A DNA stretch of 64,000 bases from Clostridia bacterium (lineage in GTDB: Bacteria > Bacillota > Clostridia > Oscillospirales > CAG-272): assembly GCA_017936565.1 (NCBI GenBank), contig JAGBFG010000012.1:2254-66253 (forward strand), read 5' to 3'. How positions within the stretch are numbered: position 1 is the first letter of the stretch; each line of letters starts with the position of its first letter. The notes below the pieces were generated by a model. The model was not told the DNA's origin. It worked only from the letters and a program-made list of their open reading frames with translations, and ran no database searches. A program made the translations under genes and the position numbers. Below are positions 26,802-35,848 of the stretch, one piece after another.

Positions 26802-27794
26802 TTATTTTGTATAAAGTTCCACAAGTTTATCTATTGCCTTTTCGCTATAAAAACCCGTTTTCTGACTTTTTGCGTTTAATGGGTTGAGCAATCTTACCAT
26901 ATACCACTCTTTATTTTCCTTAACTAATTTTAAGTAATTATAAAACTGACTATTCAATTTAATATCGGGAAGTTTTTCTTTAATTTTTCTTTTTAGTTCT
27001 TCGTAAGAATAAGGATATTTTTGTTTTATCAATTCAGTTTCATCTACTCTAATTGCAGGAGCGTTAGGATTGTCAGTAAATCTGTATTCTTTTGTCAATG
27101 CAACAGCATCATAATTAGTCGGGTCTATTGCTGCAATTATATCAGCGTTAGATATGTTTTTCACACTATTTACAAACATACTAAAACCAACAACGATTGA
27201 TTCAGTAACACCGTCGTCATTTAATTTTTTTATTGTTTTTATTACGTCGCCCATAAATGTATTGCTAATTTTGTCTGCAGGCTTTTTATTAAGATATTCA
27301 ACTGGTTCAAAAGGCAACTTAAAACCTATAGGTAGTATTATTAAATTTTCATTATCGGCTATTTCACGATGAAAATACTTTTCAAGAAAGGCATTGAAAT
27401 TAAGAGTTGCTTTTGATAACAACATAAAAATTATAGGGTCAAGTTCACTTTCAAAATAGTGAGTATTATTATTTCTATATTCCGAAAGCAAAAACAAATT
27501 TTCTTTCACGGAATTGAAATTTTTATTACCTTCCGTTTTGTTTATATGTTCGTGAACATAAACTAACGCCTTACTAAAATTAATCGTGTGATTTTTATCG
27601 GTAAAAATCAACTTTTTTCCTATATATTTATATACGTAGGCTTTTAAGGCTAATTCCCACGCATTTATAACTAATAAAGTGGCGGTTGGATAACGATAAG
27701 GAATTCGCGGTTTATTGTGTATTTCAATTCCTGCAAATATAGCAGATTCTGCCGAATCTATTAAACTTTTAACTACGTTTCTCTTTCTTGCCAT
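26802..27794 (-). CDS. DUF3644-like protein with Rx4H (HEPN-like) motif; R-M-associated, function unknown
   Basis: N-terminal AESAIFAGIEIHNKP...INAWELALKAY (AWE motif recalled for DUF3644); EYRNNNTHYF gives R107-x4-H112 (27459-27476); ATG 27794 follows AAAGGTGG; own promoter and terminator. Confidence 0.6.
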   Translation of the reverse strand: MARKRNVVKSLIDSAESAIFAGIEIHNKPRIPYRYPTATLLVINAWELALKAYVYKYIGKKLIFTDKNHTINFSKALVYVHEHINKTEGNKNFNSVKENLFLLSEYRNNNTHYFESELDPIIFMLLSKATLNFNAFLEKYFHREIADNENLIILPIGFKLPFEPVEYLNKKPADKISNTFMGDVIKTIKKLNDDGVTESIVVGFSMFVNSVKNISNADIIAAIDPTNYDAVALTKEYRFTDNPNAPAIRVDETELIKQKYPYSYEELKRKIKEKLPDIKLNSQFYNYLKLVKENKEWYMVRLLNPLNAKSQKTGFYSEKAIDKLVELYTK

Positions 27795-27822
27795 TATGCC
27801 ACCTTTTAATATTATTTTATTT

Positions 27823-27851
27823 ATTATACAACATTTAGGGTTAAAAGTCAA
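27823..27851 (-). promoter_or_regulatory. sigma-A-type promoter for the DUF3644-like gene
   Basis: Minus strand TTGACT (27851-27846), 17-nt spacer, TATAAT (27828-27823). Confidence 0.65.
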
Positions 27852-27938
27852 GGCTCCTCATATCTTGTGTTTATTGCGATAAATTTTACACAATATATCG
27901 TAGAATATAAAAGCCGAGAGAATTTCTCGGCTTTATTA

Positions 27939-28673
27939 CTAATTTTTTAACCTGCCCATTATGATATGGTATGTACGTTTTAGAAAATCTTCGTAGTTAT
28001 TATAAATAACGCTATCGTCAAACGGGTCTTTTATCTTGTCAGAATAACTCATTAAATCGCTATCATTTATTACGCTACGATAATAATCAGCGTAATCGGT
28101 AGAGTTTCTAAAATAATAGTTCAATGCTTTTTCTTTTAACTTTATAAGAACAACGAGCGTTTTGTCGGGCGTATGAAAAAATATGCTGGGGTCATCTTTT
28201 GATAATGCTAAATATTTATCCAAATTATGTTCAGAAATAACGTCGTAACGCTTAAATTCGCCACCATTACTATAATAGGGGACTTTTTCAAAAATTATAA
28301 AAACTTGAAAATATGGAATAGAGTTTGCACGGATATTTGCTGTTTCGCCCAACATATTTTCAAAGTAGTTATTGCTGTTTTGAGAATAATTTCTCATTAC
28401 AAATTTTACGGCATATCCAGCAACTGGTTTACCATTTTTTAAGATAGTAATATCTACATTTTTAGGATAATAACGTCCGTTTATACTACCTTCTTTATCG
28501 TTTCCATATCCTTGCGACCTGATTGTAAATTCTTTACCTAAAAGATTTTCTAAATCCGTTGCTATATGTCCGTGTAAAGTCTTTAATTTAGCGGTGCTTC
28601 GAGATGTACCAACAGATAAATATGTCGCAAAAGATTTTTTAATAACTTTTAAAAATTCTTCATTTGTCATCAT
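27939..28673 (-). CDS. Putative type II restriction endonuclease partner of the adjacent methyltransferase
   Basis: ATGA start/stop overlap with the MTase gene; candidate nuclease core E61...D74(VDITI)...A88-V-K90 then [15 protein letters not shown]; no family recognised from memory. Confidence 0.55.
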   Translation of the reverse strand: MMTNEEFLKVIKKSFATYLSVGTSRSTAKLKTLHGHIATDLENLLGKEFTIRSQGYGNDKEGSINGRYYPKNVDITILKNGKPVAGYAVKFVMRNYSQNSNNYFENMLGETANIRANSIPYFQVFIIFEKVPYYSNGGEFKRYDVISEHNLDKYLALSKDDPSIFFHTPDKTLVVLIKLKEKALNYYFRNSTDYADYYRSVINDSDLMSYSDKIKDPFDDSVIYNNYEDFLKRTYHIIMGRLKN

Positions 28674-30121
28674 TGTAAAAGGCCCCCATCGTATGCTAAT
28701 TTATAGTCTAAATATGCCTTTATATCTTTTGAAGAAAAAGTGTAATAACCACCGCTTTTATATTTGCCAAGTAAAGAAATGTAGGTTGAAAATTCTTCGT
28801 TTAATAATATTTCAGATATTTTAGACAAACTCTGCTCATTTCCTATTAGGTATAAACCGCTATATACACCCGTACCTGCTGGAGCGGATATAATCTTCAA
28901 GTCTGCCGAAGTTCGTAGTAATGCGTTAATCGAAATTTTATTTTTATAAGTATCGTTTATAGCCTGACTGCGACCAAAAGCAAACCAATAGGAATCAGCC
29001 TTATTTTCCAAACTGCGTTTTAATAATTTTGATTTGTTTTCAAGTAAATAGTTGTATAATTCCTTATCCTTAACTAAACTTTCTTCTACTACCAATTTCC
29101 CCTTTTGGTCATAAGGATAAATAATTTGCTTATGTTCTCCACGAGATGCTTTAATAACAGGAATAATATATTTGGACTTAAATTCAAAAGAGCCTATAAA
29201 TACGTCATCGCATAATGTTGCGTACCCATTTTTTACTTCTATATCGCAACGTCCCAAATTGAAAAATACTTTTTTTAACAACGATAAATTGCTTTTAGTA
29301 GAGAAGTAAAATTTTTGTGCAATATAATAATCATTTGGTGTTAGTGTTTCAACATAATACGGTATCAAATTCTTTTCATCAAATTGATAGTATTCTAATT
29401 TGTGAGAACAATGCTGTTTGTTAAGTATCACTATTGTCGTATATGTTGTTGCATTAAATGCCTGAAAATGTTTTAGGTCAACAAGTTTTTCAATTAAATT
29501 TTCTTGCACAAAATATTTGCGCATATAATTCCCTGCCAAACTATTAAAAAATGAACTTGGGGTAATATAACCGAGAATACCATTTTTATTTAGCATTTTT
29601 AGGCCAATTTCATAAAAAACGATATATAAATCGGTCATACCGTCTTGCGCAAAAGAAAACTTTTTTGCCATATCGAAAGAGGCGTCTAAATTATGAACTC
29701 TGACATACGGGGGATTTCCTAAAACATAGTCCATTTTTCCATTGAACTTATCTACCGTTAATGTATCGGAACAAAGTATATCCCACTCAATTTCAGTAGT
29801 TATTCCATAACGTTTTATAATCGAATTTAAGTTTTCTAAGCATTTCCTATGTTCGATAGGCTCAATTTCTATGCCGTGTATATAAGTTTCTAATTGATTT
29901 ATTAAATCTTCAAAAGCGACACTATTACTTATTGCAATATTACAGTACCTATCTACTATTTCACATAAAAAAGCACCGTCGCCACAACTATTATCGATGA
30001 CGTGCTTGTTTAGTATTGTTACTCCGTTATAGTGAGCCATATCAAGTATGTTTTTAACTATATAATCGGGGGTATAAACTCTACCTTTTGATTTCTTTGC
30101 AGTTTTCGTATTTGCAGGCAT
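28670..30121 (-). CDS. N6-adenine DNA methyltransferase (gamma class, TaqI/Eco57I-like) with C-terminal target-recognition domain
   Basis: [10 protein letters not shown], motif [13 protein letters not shown], motif IV LGNPPYV; ATG 30121 follows AAAGGAG. Confidence 0.9.
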   Translation of the reverse strand: MPANTKTAKKSKGRVYTPDYIVKNILDMAHYNGVTILNKHVIDNSCGDGAFLCEIVDRYCNIAISNSVAFEDLINQLETYIHGIEIEPIEHRKCLENLNSIIKRYGITTEIEWDILCSDTLTVDKFNGKMDYVLGNPPYVRVHNLDASFDMAKKFSFAQDGMTDLYIVFYEIGLKMLNKNGILGYITPSSFFNSLAGNYMRKYFVQENLIEKLVDLKHFQAFNATTYTTIVILNKQHCSHKLEYYQFDEKNLIPYYVETLTPNDYYIAQKFYFSTKSNLSLLKKVFFNLGRCDIEVKNGYATLCDDVFIGSFEFKSKYIIPVIKASRGEHKQIIYPYDQKGKLVVEESLVKDKELYNYLLENKSKLLKRSLENKADSYWFAFGRSQAINDTYKNKISINALLRTSADLKIISAPAGTGVYSGLYLIGNEQSLSKISEILLNEEFSTYISLLGKYKSGGYYTFSSKDIKAYLDYKLAYDGGLLQ

Positions 30122-30187
30122 ACATTTGATGCTCCTTTTGTGCAAGTAACGAGCATCAAACTTTGTAATTGATGCACATTTTTATTT

Positions 30188-30216
30188 ATTATACCAAACA
30201 TTTCATAAAAAGTCAA
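30188..30216 (-). promoter_or_regulatory. sigma-A-type promoter (extended -10) for the M-R operon
   Basis: Minus strand TTGACT (30216-30211), 17-nt spacer, TGgTATAAT (-10 at 30193-30188). Confidence 0.7.
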
Positions 30217-30227
30217 TGTGAACTGTA

Positions 30228-30386
30228 TTACTGAACGGCAATCGTTTCGTCCCATTTTGTTCCTGCTTTGATATTGTTATCTAACCAAACACGATACCCA
30301 TCCTTTTTCATTTGCTCTAAAATGGGATAGACCGTCTTCGCGTCTTTATGCGCATAGCTGATAAAAATATAGTTGTTTCCATTCAT
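30228..30386 (-). pseudogene. Truncated TIR-domain gene (first ~52 codons only)
   Basis: MNGNNYIFISYAHKDAKTVYPILEQMKKDGYRVWLDNNIKAGTKWDETIAVQ* matches the first third of TIR_2-type domains and stops 12 nt from the M-R promoter. Confidence 0.7.
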
Positions 30387-30548
30387 AACGCAGCCCTCTT
30401 TTTGCTTCTTCAAACTAATTTTAGCATATTTTGGCGCGGGTGTCAACATTGTTGAGAAAAAAGCCAAGCCGAAGCCTTGCTATTTCTTTTTGCTCATGCT
30501 ATAATGAAAAGGAGACCACAATTTCAGTAGAAATTTACAGGAGTTTGT

Positions 30549-31610
30549 ATGACAGACACAAAGGAATTAGCAAAACGGTTTCCCGGTAATCGCGTTATGA
30601 CGGATTGTGTAAAGAGGGGCTCCGTTATGGTTTTTGTTCCAAGATTTTACTTGGACGAGGTCATAGACGGCGCCGCGCATACGCCGCACCCCGCCTTTAT
30701 CGTAAACGGAAAAGAGCTTGACGGTATTTATATTTCCAAATTTCAAAACGTGATTGTGGATGGGCTTGCCTATTCCCTTCCCGACCAAGACCCCGCGACG
30801 CGCATAAGCTTTGATGATGCCATTTCCGCTTGCGTGGGAAAGGGCGAGGGCTTTCATCTGATGACGGCGGCAGAATGGTCGGCAATCGCTCTTTGGTGCC
30901 AGAAAAACGACCTTCTTCCCTTTGGAAACAACGACCTGGGGAAAGACGTTCGTGAAGAGACAGCCGTTGCCACGATTTCCTTCTGCAATGCAGAAAAAAC
31001 AGTTTGCCGCACGGCGACGGGAAGCGGTCCTCTCTCGTGGAGTCACAACGCGCGCGCCGATGGCATATACGATCTCAACGCCAACGTTTGGGAATGGATG
31101 GGCGGACTGCGCCTTGTTTACGGCGAGCTTCAGGTTTTGCCCTACAACGATGCCGCCTGCTCCCGATACGAGCTTTCCGCTGACTCCGCGCATTGGCGCG
31201 CCATTGATGGAAAAAACGGCGGATTTTTGATTCCCGATGGGAAGGGCACCACCCAAAACAGCGTTAAGCTTGATTTTATAGACAACCGCTGGGTTTTCGT
31301 TTGCGACACACCTTCAAGCGCAAGCGAGGAATTCCGCTCTTGCAGCTTTGCTTGCGTTTCGGCAGATGACTCTGTTTGCGAGAAGGCAAGAGAGCTTTTA
31401 TACGCATTAACCTGCCTTCCCTGCCGCAATGACACGAACAAAGAGGTTTCTCTTTTCGCAAGCAACGGAAGCGCAGAGCGCATTCCGTTTCGCGGCGGGC
31501 GCTGGGGGCAGGGTCTCAATTCGGGACTGTTCAAAACCTGCTTTGACGATCCGCGCACCTATGCGGGAGATGCTGTGGGCTTTCGCTCGGCATATTACGA
31601 GATTTCATAA
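30549..31610 (+). CDS. FGE-sulfatase/SUMF1-domain protein (formylglycine-generating-enzyme-like)
   Basis: HLMTAAEWSAIALW, ANVWEWM and GFRSAY motifs typical of the FGE-sulfatase fold. Confidence 0.75.
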   Translation: MTDTKELAKRFPGNRVMTDCVKRGSVMVFVPRFYLDEVIDGAAHTPHPAFIVNGKELDGIYISKFQNVIVDGLAYSLPDQDPATRISFDDAISACVGKGEGFHLMTAAEWSAIALWCQKNDLLPFGNNDLGKDVREETAVATISFCNAEKTVCRTATGSGPLSWSHNARADGIYDLNANVWEWMGGLRLVYGELQVLPYNDAACSRYELSADSAHWRAIDGKNGGFLIPDGKGTTQNSVKLDFIDNRWVFVCDTPSSASEEFRSCSFACVSADDSVCEKARELLYALTCLPCRNDTNKEVSLFASNGSAERIPFRGGRWGQGLNSGLFKTCFDDPRTYAGDAVGFRSAYYEIS

Positions 31611-31629
31611 ACAGATGGGGGGATTTTTG

Positions 31630-32190
31630 ATGAAAAAGCTTATGTCTATATTATTTGCGGTATGTATTTGTCTTTCTGTTTGCGGGGCGCTTTCTTCCTG
31701 CGAGGGGCAGCAAAAAACAACCGTAACGGAAGCGGAATGGAACGCCGCCTTTGAAGCGGACAACGTGACTGTAGAGGGCTTTATCACGGAAAGGGACGAG
31801 CAGGAATCGCTTTTGATGAAAATAACCAAAGAGGCGATATACACCGAAAACGACGGATATATCTCGTTTGTGAAAAAGTTAGAGGACGGTTGGCATTTTT
31901 ATAAAAACGGACAATTCGGCTCTGTGGTGAACGGGGTTTCCGCTTCTGTTCGCTTTGCTATGCAGTCCTTCCATCTACCCGAATACGCGAGCTTTATTTT
32001 CGATGAGGAAACGAAATCATACGTTTATATCAACCAAGGCACCTCGGGCTTTTATCAATTCAACGTATATTTTGAGAATGGCGTCATCGTTAAAATTGAG
32101 GGTCGTGAGGATAGAGGAAGCGTCACCCATTCCTTCCTTTTCAAGAATTACGGAGCAACCGTGGCAGAGATGCCAAGCGAAAATGAATAA
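31630..32190 (+). CDS. Lipoprotein of unknown function
   Basis: MKKLMSILFAVCICLSVCGALSSC signal peptide and lipobox; ATG 31630 chosen within track ORF 31429..32190. Confidence 0.65.
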   Translation: MKKLMSILFAVCICLSVCGALSSCEGQQKTTVTEAEWNAAFEADNVTVEGFITERDEQESLLMKITKEAIYTENDGYISFVKKLEDGWHFYKNGQFGSVVNGVSASVRFAMQSFHLPEYASFIFDEETKSYVYINQGTSGFYQFNVYFENGVIVKIEGREDRGSVTHSFLFKNYGATVAEMPSENE

Positions 32191-32264
32191 AGACCAACAA
32201 AAAAGAAGCGTAAGTTAACCTGACGGGTTTGCTTACGCTTTTTTATTATATTACGGCAGTACGC

Positions 32265-33116
32265 TCAAAAGCCGAGTGCGAAGAAGGCAGCCCACAAGGT
32301 ATAGACGCCGTAGGAAAGCGTATCGGGGTCTTCCTCAGCGGTGACGACCTCGTAGCCCATTTCGTTTTGCTCCCAAGAGCGAATGCGCTCATCCGATATG
32401 CCAAAGACACCCTTTAAGTGCTCCCCTTCCTCACTTCTTTTGCGGATTTCAAAGGTCACGATATGCCCAAGCTCGTGGAAAAGGACTTCGATTAAGCGCT
32501 CAAAGTCCGAAAGCAGCTCCTCTCTTACGGTGATTTTCCAATCCCAGCCTGCCAGCCCGTCAACCATAACGCCCTCAAAGACCAAGCCCGGCACAAAGGA
32601 CAGTTCTACCTGTTTGACGGTTAAAACTCGACAGGCGTCGTATACCAAGGCTTTACATCTTTCCTTGCGGGCTTCGGTATCAAGCTCTTCCCAAGGAGAA
32701 AGCCCCAGTCTTGTCAGATGATATTCTGTCAAAAGGGCGCATTTCATTTCCATAGCGGTGTAGGCGTTTCCATCGGGTGAGCGATACGCCATAATACGGT
32801 CATAGATGGGAAGACTTTGCAAATCGCCCATAGCACCGTTATCCTTTTGCAATGCCGCTTTTTTCCAAAGGCTACACGCCTGCGGCAAAAAGAGGTCGCC
32901 TGCGTGATGAAAGTACATACGCGCAAGCTCGTCCATACTCCACACGTCCCCCGCCGCGGCACCGTTCTGCAACAGGTGTATGACTGCGGGCAGCTGATGC
33001 TGCAAGCCGTCTTTTTCCTGCATCATTCTCGCCAGCGTCCACAGCTCGCGCCCGCTTCCCCCGTGAAGCGTTTGCTTCAAGAAGGAGATATTGGATTTTT
33101 TGAAGATGGTTTTCAT
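32265..33116 (-). CDS. Hypothetical protein with HExxH (HELGH) metallopeptidase-like motif and Sel1-like N-terminal repeat
   Basis: VLFHELGHIV motif; AAAGDVWSMDELARMYF Sel1-like segment. Confidence 0.45.
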   Translation of the reverse strand: MKTIFKKSNISFLKQTLHGGSGRELWTLARMMQEKDGLQHQLPAVIHLLQNGAAAGDVWSMDELARMYFHHAGDLFLPQACSLWKKAALQKDNGAMGDLQSLPIYDRIMAYRSPDGNAYTAMEMKCALLTEYHLTRLGLSPWEELDTEARKERCKALVYDACRVLTVKQVELSFVPGLVFEGVMVDGLAGWDWKITVREELLSDFERLIEVLFHELGHIVTFEIRKRSEEGEHLKGVFGISDERIRSWEQNEMGYEVVTAEEDPDTLSYGVYTLWAAFFALGF

Positions 33117-33135
33117 ATGCGTTCTCCCTTTTCTC

Positions 33136-34842
33136 TTACATACTGCTTGTTTCGTTTTTCGCTTGCTCTATTTCAAGCAAGGGGGCGTAAACAAGGGGAT
33201 AGAGCCCCGTTACGCTATCCTTTTCCAGATACCGACAAAGTATCGCGCAATTTTGCGTGGGTAACAGCGCAACGGAGCGGCGCTCCGCCTTTTGCGCGGG
33301 AAAGTGCTTAGCAAAGTAAAGACGCGCCTTTTTCAAGCGGCTGTCCTGCCTTTGCAAGACGCGCGGCAGACACCGTGAGGAATTCCAAGAGAGGAAGTCC
33401 TCTGTCATATAATCCCGCAGCCTTTTTTCGCAAACGCCCGAGAAGGATATCCATTTCTGATACAAGGCGGTATACTCGCCGTCAAGCGTATGCTCTTTGA
33501 CAAGGGCGAGTGCTCTTCCCGTTTCCACGAAGAAGGAAAAGGGGGAAAAGAAGGGCAAGGAAGAAAGGTAGGCAAGCGTTTTTCCAAAGCGCATACTGTT
33601 ATACACGCGCTCCGTTCCCTTCTCTGCCAAGTGAATGGTTTTCATATCTTCTTTGGTCAGCCAAGGCGTTTCTGTTACCTCATAGGGCGCTTTTTCGGTA
33701 TAGGTACAGGGAAACTCCTCCCGATTTTTCCGCATCGGCGCGCCGTGAAGCAATTTCAAAAAGCCGAGCTGCAGCATTTCGCAAGACAGCCTGTATGCCT
33801 TATCAAAGCTTTGCGCGAAGGCTTCCAAACCCTCATAGGGAAGCCCGGCTATTAAGTCTATGTGTGTATGAATGCCTGGAATTTCCCGCAAGCGCCTAAT
33901 ATGAGAGCAAAGGCGTTCTGTAACGGGTGGGCGGTGAATTGCCTTTAAGGTCTTTGCGGAAAAGGACTGCAAGCCCACCTCAAGCTGAAAAAGACCGTAA
34001 GGGGCACTTTCAAGCAGAGCGAAGGCTTCCTCGTCCAAAAGCTCACCCGCGATTTCAAAATGAAAGCGCATTTCCTTGGGATATTTTACCCCATATCCTT
34101 CCATCAGAAAGCGCCATATTTCCTTGGCTCTTTCCAAATGGGCATTAAAGGTTCTATCCACGAATTTGACCACGCGACAACCGCTGTCCGCTAAGGAAAT
34201 CAGGGCGGGGAGTATTTTTTCGGTATCAAAATATCTGACCCCTTCCAGCCGCCCTGACAGGCAAAAGGCGCAAGAAAAGGGGCAACCGCGGGATGCTTCA
34301 AAATAGGCAATCTTCCCCTTTACCGCTTCCAGATACCCATACGCATAGGGCAAAGGCGGCGTTTCCTTTCCAACGTAGGGGCTTGCTATATGAAAAGCAC
34401 TTCCCTCTCGGTAGGAATAGCCCAAGACGGCGCTTTTATCTCCGTTTCTTTGGAGCGTATCCGCAAGCAGCGCTATGGGATATTCTCCCTCGCCTGAAAG
34501 GACCCCGTCTATTTCCTTATGCTCTGACAAGAGCTTTTCGGCGCAAAAAGACGCCTCAGGTCCCCCGAGCACAATGACCGTCTTTGGAAAAAGACGCTTT
34601 ATGGCGGGAAGCAGAGAAAAGATTTTCTCGATATTCCAGATGTACGCGCAAAGGCCGAGTATATCGGGGCTATCCTTCTCTATTTCTGCCAATATATCCT
34701 CATCCTTTTCATTGACGGTGGAAGAGAGGATGCGACAGGTATGCGTTTCCTTCGCATAGCAAGAAAGCCCTGCCGCCAAGGAATAGGGGGCAGGGGATAC
34801 ATGAATATATTGGGAATTCAGCGAAACAAAAAGTATATGCAT
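33136..34842 (-). CDS. B12-binding radical SAM protein (DUF4080-type C-terminus)
   Basis: N-terminal B12-binding-like region, ASRGCPFSCAFC CxxxCxxC motif. Confidence 0.8.
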   Translation of the reverse strand: MHILFVSLNSQYIHVSPAPYSLAAGLSCYAKETHTCRILSSTVNEKDEDILAEIEKDSPDILGLCAYIWNIEKIFSLLPAIKRLFPKTVIVLGGPEASFCAEKLLSEHKEIDGVLSGEGEYPIALLADTLQRNGDKSAVLGYSYREGSAFHIASPYVGKETPPLPYAYGYLEAVKGKIAYFEASRGCPFSCAFCLSGRLEGVRYFDTEKILPALISLADSGCRVVKFVDRTFNAHLERAKEIWRFLMEGYGVKYPKEMRFHFEIAGELLDEEAFALLESAPYGLFQLEVGLQSFSAKTLKAIHRPPVTERLCSHIRRLREIPGIHTHIDLIAGLPYEGLEAFAQSFDKAYRLSCEMLQLGFLKLLHGAPMRKNREEFPCTYTEKAPYEVTETPWLTKEDMKTIHLAEKGTERVYNSMRFGKTLAYLSSLPFFSPFSFFVETGRALALVKEHTLDGEYTALYQKWISFSGVCEKRLRDYMTEDFLSWNSSRCLPRVLQRQDSRLKKARLYFAKHFPAQKAERRSVALLPTQNCAILCRYLEKDSVTGLYPLVYAPLLEIEQAKNETSSM

Positions 34843-34876
34843 ATTGGTCCTTTCCGCATCGCGCGAAGGGGTTAGG

Positions 34877-35794
34877 TTATTTCAAGAAGCCTTGGATAAT
34901 CTGCTCCTCTGCTTCCTTTTCGCTGAGCCCCAAGGTCATAAGCTTAATTAACTGCTCGCCCGCAATTTTACCGATGGCTGCCTCGTGAATCAAGGATGCG
35001 TCAACCGACGCGGCGGTAATTTCGGGAATGGCGCTGACAGAGGCGTTATCCATAATAATGGCGTCGCATTCGGTATGACCGTTGCAGCGGTTGTTGCCCT
35101 TGATGTGCGAATAAAACACCTGCTTGGAGTTATCCTTGGCAACCGAGCGGGAAACGACGTTGGCAGAGGAGTCCTCGCCGTTCAATTCCACGACAAAATC
35201 TGTTTTGGCATACTGGCTGCCGTGCGTCATCAGCTTTTCACGAATAACCAAGGAAGCTCCCTTGGCAAGACGGGCTTCTGTTTTGCGGTCTGTGGAATCA
35301 ACGCCCTTGATTTGCGCTGTTTCCATTTCCATTCTGCCGCCCTCTTCTATTTCGACAATCGTGGTGGGGTTCATCAGGTTTTTGCCGTTACCGTCCCCCT
35401 CTCCGTAGTGCTTTTCCACATAGCGCACCTTGGCGTTTTTGCCTACGTAAAAGGTATGAATTCCGTCGTGCTTGGAGTCGCCCTCGCCGCTATTGTGAAT
35501 GCCGCAGCCTGCAACGATGAGAACGTCACAATCCTCACCGATGTGAAAATCGTTATACACGGTTTCGGTATAGCCCGATTTGCTCAGCAAAACGGGGATG
35601 TGCATGCTTTCATTTTTTGTTCCCGCCTTGATATAAATATCAATGCCGTCCTTGTCCTTCTTGGGAACTATCTCGATATGCTCCGAGGACCTTCTGCCGA
35701 CAAGCTCTCCGTCCTGTCGGATGTTGTACGCGCCTTGCGGAATTTCGTGCAAGTCCGCTACCGCCTCCAACATTCTTTTTTGTATCGCATCCAT
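34877..35794 (-). CDS. SufB/SufD-family Fe-S assembly protein
   Basis: Beta-helix-like repeat sequence ending LIHEAAIGKIAGEQLIKLMTLGLSEKEAEEQII, typical of SufBD. Confidence 0.75.
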   Translation of the reverse strand: MDAIQKRMLEAVADLHEIPQGAYNIRQDGELVGRRSSEHIEIVPKKDKDGIDIYIKAGTKNESMHIPVLLSKSGYTETVYNDFHIGEDCDVLIVAGCGIHNSGEGDSKHDGIHTFYVGKNAKVRYVEKHYGEGDGNGKNLMNPTTIVEIEEGGRMEMETAQIKGVDSTDRKTEARLAKGASLVIREKLMTHGSQYAKTDFVVELNGEDSSANVVSRSVAKDNSKQVFYSHIKGNNRCNGHTECDAIIMDNASVSAIPEITAASVDASLIHEAAIGKIAGEQLIKLMTLGLSEKEAEEQIIQGFLK

Positions 35795-35848
35795 TTGGCG
35801 TGTTCCTTTCATATTTGGGTATTTTGCGAAATTGAATATTGCGCTTTT

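Larger units (their letters stand above)
26700..30480. other. AT-rich (about 30% GC by eye versus about 50% in the flanks) horizontally acquired islet next to tRNA-Leu; no recombinase
   Basis: Abrupt composition change right after the tRNA-Leu terminator and again near 30.4-30.5 kb; contents are R-M genes, a DUF3644-like gene and a TIR fragment. Confidence 0.7.

Noticed and set aside
1259-27935. Shared GAGAAT(T)TTCTC core in three terminator hairpins (1263-1284, 26776-26797, 27911-27931) as evidence of common origin of the AT-rich islets
   Set aside because: The core is short and palindromic, and its composition is expected for AT-rich terminators. That is insufficient to claim relatedness.
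26700-30480. Integrase, transposase or terminal direct repeats for the islet
   Set aside because: I looked on both strands. No recombinase-like ORF and no copy of the tRNA-Leu 3' end were found at the distal boundary, so it is not called a mobile element.
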